A DNA stretch of 64,000 bases from a virus. Under the pieces are notes generated by a model that worked only from the letters and a program-made list of their open reading frames with translations, did not search any database and was not told the DNA's origin. Made by a program: the position numbers and the translations under genes. Location of the stretch: positions 28,169 to 92,168 of IMG/VR virus record IMGVR_UViG_3300027972_000001; one strand, given 5' to 3'. Of the stretch, positions 23,901-30,125 are shown piece after piece (position 1 is the first letter of the stretch; each line of letters opens with the position of its first letter).

Positions 23901-26900
23901 TTCTGGACTACCATGATAAAGAATATCTTTTATTTTGCTATCTGGAAAAATATTATTTAATTCATTTTTAGTCTCACTAGTAAAACTAACTATAGGTTTT
24001 TCAACAGGTTCATCTTCTGCAAATTTATCAAGAATATCATCATATTCATCACGATTAGAAACTTCACCTAATGTTGTTTTATCTATAGTACTTTTAATAT
24101 CTCCACCAGTAATAAATTGTTCAAATATATAATTTAATTCATCAAGTTTAGTACTAATGCCAAAAGTTTGTGCAAGTTCTCTTATTATCTGTTTTAATTT
24201 AGCCCAAAAACTAGTAGTAACTTTACCTTCAGTAGTTTTAACTGTATCAAGAAATTTAGCAAAATCAGTATCAGTAAGACCATATGTAAGAAGTTCTTCA
24301 ACATCTTTCATATTTAAAATGCTGATTAATTTATTTTCTATTTCAGTTCTATCTTTTTTCTCATTTAATAATTTATATTCAGGAGTAGTAAATAAATCAG
24401 ATTTAAATTTGTTAAGTTGTTCAATTAATTTAGTTTGTTCTTCTTTACTTCTAGTTCCAACTAAAGCATGTATAGTATCATGTACTAAAGCAAGAGTTGC
24501 ATCAACTTTATTTTTCTTATATAACTCAACCCAGGTTTTAGTTACTGTTATAGATTTATTAGAAGGTGTGTAATACACCATAGATTTTCTACCAGTTTCT
24601 TTATCAGTTTTAGTAACATCTAATGCACCATTAAATGTAATTTTACCACTTTTAATAAAAGTATCAAGAATTTTAAATATAAAGTCATATCTTTTATCAA
24701 ATTCATATTCACTACTAAATTTAGCAAAACTTGGAGTTTTAGTAACATTGGTCTTTAAATGACTTGTATCTATATTTACAATTAAAGGTACACCACCAAC
24801 ACCATCATATTGAGATAAAGTGAAATTACTAATCTTCTTACCATTTTTATCAACTAATTGTCCAACATCTGTAAGAATAGTATTACTACTAATTAAATAT
24901 TCTTCATATGAATTGTGTTTATTACCAAGAATATCAGTAAATATATTTCCATCAAAATAATCATAATTAATATTTCTTTCAAGAGAACCTAATTCATCTC
25001 TAAATTCTCTCTCATTTATTGGTTTAGTTATTTTAGTATTACCTTCAATACGTTCGTATCTAAATTTATTATTATAAAAATCATAAACAAAATAAGTTCC
25101 ATTACTATTAAATCTAATATCTCTATTAGTAACCATTAGAACATTAAAATGTTCTTGTTCATGTTGAATATTGATAATCTTTTTAAGTTCTGTAATTATA
25201 TTACTTGCAGTAAGATTATGTCCCTCAACAACAACTTGATCATTAATTCTAAATGCTTCACGAGCAAGTGCTTGTGTTTTACCAAGTTCAATAATTAAAT
25301 CTCCAATTTTTTCATGTAATTGTTTAACATTATCATCTTTAATTAAATTACTATCAATGCTATTTAATTTTATTGGAACAGGAGTAACTTTACCACTTCT
25401 ACCTACAACCCCAACAAGAAAAGAAGATGCAAATGTTGGAATAGTTCCTTGTTTAGTTATAGTTTCATTCTTATCTCTAGTATTTTCAATTACAGTTTTA
25501 TTAGAATTATTTTGTATTTTAAATAATTTAACTTTACTAGGATTATCAATTACAGAAAGATTTCTATATTTAACATTTCCTTTCTCATCTTTACTTTTAA
25601 CTAAAGTTCCATCAGTAATATATGTAATTTTACTTTCAACAATTTTATCAATATCTATTCCAATAATTTCTCTAAGTTTAGTATTCTGAATATGATCTCT
25701 AGTAAGTTTATCTTTCCAACGAACTATATTTGCAATAATTTCATTTCTTCTTAATTCAATAGGAGTAACACCATCTGTATTCTGTCCATAAAACATAACA
25801 CGAGCAATATGAGTAAAAGCTTTCATACCTTGCTCACTTCTAATATCAATATCTCTACCTACTAAATCATAAAGAAGTTCACGAATATCAGCATCTATAA
25901 GTTCCAAATATATTCTAGAAATAGTAGTCTTGCTTTCATTCATTTTTTTAGCATTAAAAAATGTTTGAATAAGTGGGAGCAATCTACCAATATATTCTAT
26001 TTTATTATTACTAGTACTTATATCATTAATTATAACGTCTGTCCAGTCTTTACCATTAAAACGATACTTAACTCCGGCATGCATACCACTTAAAGTACTG
26101 ACTGCAGCAATAGGAGTACGTTTATTTCCACTTATTGCTTCAATTATAATAGGTATAGTTTCTTGGTTATTCTTATTTTGGTTGAACCCCTGATCTCCGG
26201 ACAATTCAGTATTGACATGGGCAACTACCTGTGAATTTTCAGCCAAAGAGTTCAAAAGAGCATTAACACGTTCAATATCTTTATCATCTACAACCTGATC
26301 ACCATTATCATTACGAGTAGTTTCTAAATTATAAAGAAATGCTCCTAATACTTCTTCACCACCAGTAGGAGTTACATTATTTATATTACTAATTTGAGCT
26401 TCTTTAAATTCATCTTTAAGTCCATAAGATTCAATAATCTTATTAACATCAGTCTTTTTTAAATTATCATCAGTATTATAAATACGTTTCTGACCTTCTT
26501 CACCTATTTTACTACTTCTAATAATACTATACGCCTGTTTAAGATATTCAAAATCTTCTTTTAATCTTTGAACACCAACTAGTTTACCATATTTAGCAGC
26601 AATAAGTTCAAATTTAAAGAATGTACCATGTTCTGCAGATTCAACAAATAAAGGAGTACCATCATTTATAATTCTAGTTATCCATCTATTTGCCCTTGCA
26701 ACTATATTTTTTGTTATGGGGTTTTGGGAAGTAAAATCAACAACAGATAGAGTTAAATCAGTAATATTAGTAGATTTATCTGTAAGTTTAGAGATTTCTG
26801 CATCATATTTAGTATTAATTTTAGCTTTTAAATATTTTTCAGAAATTTCTATTGCTTTATTTAGAGCAGTTTCACGATTTTTTTCTAGTTGTTGTAAATT

Positions 26901-29900
26901 TTTATCATAAATAGCACCTTTATTAGCTCCAGATTTTACAAAATATTCATCAAATTCAGTTTTTGCTTTTGTATAATCATCTATTAAATCTTTTGACATA
27001 CCACTTTTTAAAGCACTTTCTATATTAAATAATGTGGTTTTTAATTCTTCTTGTCTACGTTTTTCAATATCAACTATTAAACTAGAAAAATTATTAGATG
27101 ATTCTTGTTTATACGCTTGTTCTTTAATTTCTTTTTCTATTTCATCTAATTCTTTGCCATTCAATGCAGATTTAAATTCTTCAGCATTATTAATATGTTC
27201 TTGTGATTTATTACTTCCAGTAGGAGTAGTTGTTTCAGTATTAGTTATATATCCAGCAATAACAAGAAATTCATTTATAAATTCTTCTATTACATTTCCT
27301 TTAGTAAGAGCATTAAACATATTATTTAAAGCATCTCTTAACTGATTTCTAGTTGCCTGACCATACATATCAAATAAACTAGGATCAGATAACATAGCAA
27401 AGAAATCACCAATACTATTAAGTGTATTAGGATCTGTAGGTTTTGCTATTTCTTTAAGAATAGTATTTGCAAAATGTGTACTACGTTTTCCAGTGAATTG
27501 ACTTTTAACACCTACAACACCTAACTTAAGAAAAGCATCAGATAATTTATTAACAAGTGCTGTATTTTTGACTTCTACATTACTACTACTTTGTTCATCA
27601 GCAATCATTAATGTTTTTTGATTTACTAATATACTTCTTCTTTTTTCAAGAACATCAATATATGCTTCTAATCTATCTTTATTTAATTTCTTAGTAGGTT
27701 TAGCTTCAGTAACAAAAGGATCTAAATTATCTTTTTTAAGTTGTTCTAAAGTATCATCAATAACTTTAATTTTAGCATCCATTGTAGAACTAGTATCTAC
27801 TTTAGGATCTACTTTAGTATTCTCACCTATTTTAACTCTAAATGTCTCAAATTGTTTACTATATTCTTTATCAGTTTCAACTTTAAGTTTATTCTCAATA
27901 GTAGGAATACTCTTGTTAGTATTCATTACTTCTTCATATAAACTATTATCAACATGAAGAAATAATTCATAAACTTTAGCTTCTGCTTCAGCTTTTATAA
28001 TATCATTAATAGAATCAAAGTCACCTACTGCTTTATTATCTCCTAACTCTTTATCATGAAGTTTAAATTCATCTTTATATTGCTTAACTTTCTCTTTAGC
28101 AATATTCTTAGCAATTGGATCACCCCACTCTTCTACTTCAGTGTCAAGATATTTAATAACTTCAGCATTAATAAGATTATCTAAAGTTCCCTCAAAATCT
28201 TTATCTTTATTTTGTTCTTTAAGAGCATCTAAAGCTGGATTATTAGTTCGTAAATTAGTTGCTCTTTGTTTAGCATTATTACGCAATTTAGTTGTTTGTT
28301 CAACTTCAAATTTCTTATTTATTGCTTCATTAATAATGAGATTTCTTAAATGTGGTTTACTACTTGTTGCAGTAAATATTTTGTTATATGTTGCTTTAAA
28401 AGTATGTTCGGCATCAAGAATATTCTTTTTAAGACTGACTAAATCTTTACTAAAATTAACTTCATCTGTCAATCCAAGTTCAATCATTTTCTTTTTAAAT
28501 CCTTCATGTTCAACCATCTCAAGTAATGAATTAATATTACCTGAAAGTGAAGCATTAAATCCAAGATCATATCCTAATACTGTTTTGACTCTATCAATCA
28601 TATCCTTTTGAGACTGTTCAATAGTTTCTTTATCACCAACAAAAGGAGTATTAGTATTTATATTAATTCCTTTTTGAATGTCACTAATATTATTAGCACG
28701 ATTAGCAAGTTTAATATATCTATTTTGAATTTCACCAATCTTCATTTCAGTACTATGAGGATCTTTGAAATCATTAATAGTTTCTTTTATAGAACCAATA
28801 GTACGTGCACCACCACTGAATGCTACACCACCAGCAAATCCCCAAAATGCTTGTTCCCAACTACTAGGATCTTGAAGATATTCATGTATTCTATCTACAA
28901 AATCTTTATCTTTTTCACTACCTAATAGATGTTTACCATACCAATTAGCATCAGATTGAGAAATAGCATTTACAAGTTCTTCTACTCCTTCTGTCATTTG
29001 CTCACCAACTAACACAGTTCCCCCCTTAAAAAAAGAAGATGCGTTGAAACGTGGTTTAGTAATAACGCCAGGTTCTAATATATTAGCTTGTGCAGCTTTT
29101 ACTTTAGCACTTTCTAGCCAACCTGCAGTTCTAGTTTTAACTTTAAATCCTTTAAATATTGGAGCAAGTTGCATTGCATCAAATATAACATTGACTGCAT
29201 TCATACCATAATCTTTCCATGCTCCTTTACTAGCTATAAAATTAGCAAGTTCAAGTTTATCTGGAGTTCTACCTTCTGCAAGAAACTCTTGTCCAACTTC
29301 AGAATTTAGAACTTTTTGATATTCTTCATCATCTTGAAATAATTTAAATGCTTCTTCTTTAAGCGTATTAAATACTCCACTAGCTTCTCTCATATTTTCT
29401 GCATTACGCATAGCAATAGCAGAATGAGTAAGACCTTGCCAATATTTTTCAGTAGCAAATATATCAGATGCAGCAATAAATGCTTTAGAAACACCTGTCA
29501 TTTTATTAAGTCTACTAAGTGCAGCAATTTTTTGAAGTCCTTTACTAAAATAACCAGCAGCTTTAGCTTCACCAAGTGCAGGAATTAACATTCCTAAAGT
29601 ACTAAATACACTAACAGCATTGCTAGTCCACCATCCAAAATCTTTCCAATCAAATGATTTACCAGGATTATATCTAAATATAGGAGTTTTATTTCCTAAT
29701 TCTTCGGTAATATTATCTGCAAATTTAGTCATAAAATTACTAAAATCTGCATCTCTTCCTGCTATTTCATCTGCAATAGCATCAGGTAATTCCAATAACC
29801 CACCAACACCACCAATAACTCCTTGAGCAAGTATTTCTCCTATTACACCTTGACTAAACATATTACCTACTTTACTCCAAGCAGATTGATTCTGAGCAGC

Positions 29901-30122
29901 CTGACGTTCTAAATTAACATTAGGATATATTTCATCTATAAAACGTTTATATTTATCACTATTTGGCTGGTATAAACTTAAATCAGAACTAATATTATTC
30001 ATATTAGTATCAATCTTAAATTTACTATTAATTGGTGCTATTTTTTCAACACTTTTTGGAGTAACAGTAAGAGAAGGATTAATCTTTAACCCTTTATTAA
30101 TAGGAGTAAGTTCGTTAGTCAT
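11931..30122 (-). CDS. giant virion-associated RNA polymerase polyprotein (crAss-like), 6063 aa
   Basis: Two-barrel RNAP catalytic loop GSDFDMD (19380-19400) preceded by VGYRIP; zincin-like HDTIH; position after muzzle and cargo genes as in crAss-like phages. Confidence 0.92.
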   Translation of the reverse strand: MTNELTPINKGLKINPSLTVTPKSVEKIAPINSKFKIDTNMNNISSDLSLYQPNSDKYKRFIDEIYPNVNLERQAAQNQSAWSKVGNMFSQGVIGEILAQGVIGGVGGLLELPDAIADEIAGRDADFSNFMTKFADNITEELGNKTPIFRYNPGKSFDWKDFGWWTSNAVSVFSTLGMLIPALGEAKAAGYFSKGLQKIAALSRLNKMTGVSKAFIAASDIFATEKYWQGLTHSAIAMRNAENMREASGVFNTLKEEAFKLFQDDEEYQKVLNSEVGQEFLAEGRTPDKLELANFIASKGAWKDYGMNAVNVIFDAMQLAPIFKGFKVKTRTAGWLESAKVKAAQANILEPGVITKPRFNASSFFKGGTVLVGEQMTEGVEELVNAISQSDANWYGKHLLGSEKDKDFVDRIHEYLQDPSSWEQAFWGFAGGVAFSGGARTIGSIKETINDFKDPHSTEMKIGEIQNRYIKLANRANNISDIQKGININTNTPFVGDKETIEQSQKDMIDRVKTVLGYDLGFNASLSGNINSLLEMVEHEGFKKKMIELGLTDEVNFSKDLVSLKKNILDAEHTFKATYNKIFTATSSKPHLRNLIINEAINKKFEVEQTTKLRNNAKQRATNLRTNNPALDALKEQNKDKDFEGTLDNLINAEVIKYLDTEVEEWGDPIAKNIAKEKVKQYKDEFKLHDKELGDNKAVGDFDSINDIIKAEAEAKVYELFLHVDNSLYEEVMNTNKSIPTIENKLKVETDKEYSKQFETFRVKIGENTKVDPKVDTSSTMDAKIKVIDDTLEQLKKDNLDPFVTEAKPTKKLNKDRLEAYIDVLEKRRSILVNQKTLMIADEQSSSNVEVKNTALVNKLSDAFLKLGVVGVKSQFTGKRSTHFANTILKEIAKPTDPNTLNSIGDFFAMLSDPSLFDMYGQATRNQLRDALNNMFNALTKGNVIEEFINEFLVIAGYITNTETTTPTGSNKSQEHINNAEEFKSALNGKELDEIEKEIKEQAYKQESSNNFSSLIVDIEKRRQEELKTTLFNIESALKSGMSKDLIDDYTKAKTEFDEYFVKSGANKGAIYDKNLQQLEKNRETALNKAIEISEKYLKAKINTKYDAEISKLTDKSTNITDLTLSVVDFTSQNPITKNIVARANRWITRIINDGTPLFVESAEHGTFFKFELIAAKYGKLVGVQRLKEDFEYLKQAYSIIRSSKIGEEGQKRIYNTDDNLKKTDVNKIIESYGLKDEFKEAQISNINNVTPTGGEEVLGAFLYNLETTRNDNGDQVVDDKDIERVNALLNSLAENSQVVAHVNTELSGDQGFNQNKNNQETIPIIIEAISGNKRTPIAAVSTLSGMHAGVKYRFNGKDWTDVIINDISTSNNKIEYIGRLLPLIQTFFNAKKMNESKTTISRIYLELIDADIRELLYDLVGRDIDIRSEQGMKAFTHIARVMFYGQNTDGVTPIELRRNEIIANIVRWKDKLTRDHIQNTKLREIIGIDIDKIVESKITYITDGTLVKSKDEKGNVKYRNLSVIDNPSKVKLFKIQNNSNKTVIENTRDKNETITKQGTIPTFASSFLVGVVGRSGKVTPVPIKLNSIDSNLIKDDNVKQLHEKIGDLIIELGKTQALAREAFRINDQVVVEGHNLTASNIITELKKIINIQHEQEHFNVLMVTNRDIRFNSNGTYFVYDFYNNKFRYERIEGNTKITKPINEREFRDELGSLERNINYDYFDGNIFTDILGNKHNSYEEYLISSNTILTDVGQLVDKNGKKISNFTLSQYDGVGGVPLIVNIDTSHLKTNVTKTPSFAKFSSEYEFDKRYDFIFKILDTFIKSGKITFNGALDVTKTDKETGRKSMVYYTPSNKSITVTKTWVELYKKNKVDATLALVHDTIHALVGTRSKEEQTKLIEQLNKFKSDLFTTPEYKLLNEKKDRTEIENKLISILNMKDVEELLTYGLTDTDFAKFLDTVKTTEGKVTTSFWAKLKQIIRELAQTFGISTKLDELNYIFEQFITGGDIKSTIDKTTLGEVSNRDEYDDILDKFAEDEPVEKPIVSFTSETKNELNNIFPDSKIKDILYHGSPEGEIKTFTENKQYISKGFFFSDSIEHAKKMSEYRAGTPFITEVVLNIINPLIEDFTPSINIKETKPQVIERAKREGYDSIILNTTDLNIKIKEYIVFKPEQIHTIISEKDVKSISYSSTVNKELTGSPFELDQEVNVLNVLSNLFIEKVSASYKGVKGKDIDPNAIRSDLVRELAKQATLRKNEGTLTYDQKVLITKVLEELSSNDRFWKYFRIHLSNQYGYKINEKEEYIEDVELLDKSWDSSDVVIVNPLITVNDQIKNLINKTYELDPNSIQIIDGKIIWRTNTNTPTGFANTLVYAERGNKIMDLMRGCLTKEDMLTALFNYATNKESVFAKSLYSIHKELSNNPDLLNAWFVSFDKAIIDSYRDLIRTDYTGDYETTELTLTNVNRNAVEYHIADKWANLIISRGENNFYDKDWIENYDKLYKETATLSSNFTKLDPEIGANIVQLYYLVGIDITLDSINYEYLNNRNEFINGIITPLRNIKGIPGVKYKLYETPYIDRLQATPKTIFNEFGNLLRLAKKVKYFREDHFSFSNINVTGNLVFDANKPDSLSNFFKKLEGGDDSVYNALINYTTILSNQHSLLLWGDEYIDNEIVKKGRGIFDYKIVDGIRKATTINTTNLSNFKSFRYSGTKDLTEGIATEYHKLTKYDWTLRNLIYYFGGGKITTKKEVNEKLTAIFPMINPSDGKNTRLFEAPIIELNFVDYTKLLLAKKETDINKSLELVREIPIFKAIYLNAIDELIAMNTAKQVLFELKDGKAIDDGNFGFVLKKEFQNDVKSGQLFYHYKLKDGVKKYLTFTKDTDGTYRLDTTSSGNIFDINNLTVTMGNKQITFNSIFINNTNFIKYLMLSNSLNSAIHTPLIEGDPNSTFKNRLEQFILRFISQQINIADEKLSVYKDFLTTAYVKKENVGREDKTFILKDKNFNNAIAEYALNTYLFNVEQVRLFYGSVADYKSNIDLNKRGRQIIANGIPSVHKGFYSGATISDVKLKSKIYRHKINTLLYALNINKDKVRISRLEKIYTDKELSTNKIVINDKEQTLFRPEEKEIYNLVSPYLSNDSANAVSFVTFDEFEKRIHGFGLTEQYSTILNKVRNGGELNREDTMRFASMQKNFYYSIDRNDDLQKMIPTQVKNAEIILTPALIKDLQLDSLNKIMIKLDIPQINLGSAEKIGSLYIATIADEDGNIVDDDTLEKELIKAKRNYNYEGLRMQLEVPDAIFEETITLSRQFAKKIIENIPDTGVDYIVNGKTLNGVELKNHYFELINSNVFQSAIKTLLPFDVRVDKDGNIIGDIDYNVIVDILEKEGIDRNLSKNLLFSVQIGDTGDSRVPIFFNTQSAQCEHILTSLFTNGVTNQKFPGLHGAQMSSLFMNKKQGVKWSDLESIDGINWHKSVGVKTNPAGKVINRNDIKLRSTILFDEKEGMVQEAEVLLPRWAKQFYKDGEYVDINTLSDEVRTMVGYRIPMEAKYSAYVFKVVGFLPDDNGPSIVLPDDFVTQTGSDFDMDHVYAFIYNLHTKVTTEIVDNKPTSIYTVERIPYTEDNNLDSRAQAIMEDHSQLVHILALKLNNDKLIDIVTSLDEAKQEYYDSLDKTSEVNKKHKPQFDKIDSINKRISKAKGKEKKALYLEKAEVFAQIMSDEAYIYFKDKVEYINVKARVKEIISSLPILEQNTRKARENQILNIYYGILTNKYHYAETIATSNFKSITESKKEIDEKFNVIDQRVNNLTFDGQQHYRDKSHQGRDLKGISLASDRFNSIAQVARIHLTERLKDEKNNINNNITLPIIEYIVNPEQKKQLIENYGKDVRFETRGTTNNTKEYAIVTHRFINNNPNNTFKNVEGQLISSYSAQTTANILDNVAFPLPRNVNEYTVNIWKMLVSLGSTFKVSTAFINQPIIHDLVNTLFANLNNVKRGSEIEQTKRKFQTLLYRVMIKGDAEHNKGWDEKINNKQSIFIGGKDAVRNQQYDYLGYKNNLGITLNHETLLNNVNTVTLDDFGNMQEINDILASENPDTNRLKEIENHLRYQLQIIETFKHYKAYSDAITDGTHVLNTDTLGAGPTFDVTHSLEFDINRTEKVGILEINDTSAMHQIFPKFFNLTKPSVYPTLEQFFIFSNQLSVKAFGEYFIGQSELYRFIKSKLNDYVTDKKYDKKLAESITSYLNNSLLKDLPWLNDISIEEKRTLLGINTELNLNLDLKNPESITDFEQLSLANQIILLHDQLKYDENHIINSLKVSTQAQELKRNRHYKVEYINNENLDKVSQSFNDLWYSENILEKIVARNLLKYEYITNGFGFGFSSFSKIIPNTVFYYGNEPFMEGSYNEKGIGLSTHLYGKLNLVNRLLFDEKDLDADLDAGSQLIFNSNYKERYIKSHWTEDKIVPDASGLKYIDNTTQNEDGTTGGKVRYFQVNKQGIISIPAKTLDNIPTGRIANRVKERQVIKLGKTTKDGVKYQLFQRYDNFVNVDTFGNRFGVFYYYPINKLEYSENEEQSVFEDNNQDFNGSELQSPDDYIGIINVLEKQRQVNEVIYKEPLPMSYTRTHDAFRDGLEQYNSTLDLVRAGERTATTRYADTGEAQKWELAKVGTYIRLKGTDEYVKVTKKLTHIDLSSLPAREEWSKKEGWDITVSHPLEKRTDLFQFEYEYIGTLQDVMKDSNTGISEEGEVTEDDNELIIENKYNWSRFSTRGYEVSSAGDKRFSAFYAILKPGAKLMQVSDTTGELSTLMRSMSIEEHYQIDIKGYNSIKEGKGKPALTDITREQQWQYYLDGWREWAKQNPELIEELRSLVKNEILTDKFATSDINQARALAQILNETQKEGQLDIKFVSYTSSTNQGINNAIDSANKFIEKTTTSYANRIQFLKEFKKAGTLSDAANLLNDKNFQKLIGQNDLANLAKGLITVLKQYDFDLNDPKTETRKGGIIARVQEFENMDMNVIISDPVVRKEFTGFIKWATSFIKGVTSFDVLTSVDGNEFIEEEKVINDLIKQLQNLIPSIKNVETKVAKLWNDFEERDLYQYTKNPEIVAGLRRIIDIGDDENLIQLKLDSLADTNNAFAALMVKKYMVKVSNGEDESSKEIGKFEALLRKTFGGRNITSLTTADFNKYLERKNGKPTGKLIQKYDWDKFYTDKNAKFKYLIKTYGRNSQSYYNGRDAWYRDNEIQNITEEEFNNLVRRKQEELSTPEFNAWKYRNVREYDGKMQFLVSDSLLSVPSDKYLNPAWIAIKDDELYQKFVEIIDKYTDYFGKATILNRGFIPSLSNEEKENITIAEKVKHWIDIHKARKQSDSFVGENNEMVYLLTVPMVNYFGTTEEIKIAPKEKDELESDYERRVIQDVAVAGKGKFNTLGAIYVENKRIRKLNDEEHAGKINYNLGEVFSQFIREATMYKVKADMKHEFDLGLYQIRNMEFTKRNSKRELLKNKAGSKALDKEVIGTTGGEGTNLEQHFAEWLEAIFYGNFDIDEGAWTVIGNMLLKFTSAKNMWFNVTAGINNVMIGKIQVQLEAFAGWYFKHNNLVKADKMYMSAIPDMLINLGSTKAGTLTNAIIKKLNIAQNTNERDFTTGMLKSNLLSWSSAYFLNDIGEHYMQNVSTLSMLDHHRIINGKIMSLAEYQQQNYIDALNKILDDTEKTRLAEYLKERYKKEEFKESKKDYLRDFILNLPIIKGNAFVEAKKELDKTTFTNFESNPKLIDAFYLNDDGYADLKDEIEIDGKKYNTKLDDNEYALFRIKALKVVQKQQGIYNKEDAATISRWVIGRMGMQFKKHVRPGWNKRFGAKFWKSFWTESRDEWNKGAYVSLFKFLASPFSRHKYLDVDEAKQFHGMMGRILEDMHHFATNIGLYWNTLDDFEKGNVKRAVLDHIYLATVLVVGLILKNLKPDDDDDENFAYDLSVYEIDKLLSEVMMFTPFGLINEGQKMLKSPAAVQGTILDTYKLISNLVGYPFQTDKERRYVTGAYAKELKIKVNAIKLVPIWNKIQQMQRINKTNKYYILFRG

Positions 30123-30125
30123 TAA

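Noticed and set aside
11931-30122. Inteins or group I introns in the RNAP (also considered for MCP and portal)
   Set aside because: No frame interruptions, and no intein C/S...HN termini with LAGLIDADG motifs recognised by eye
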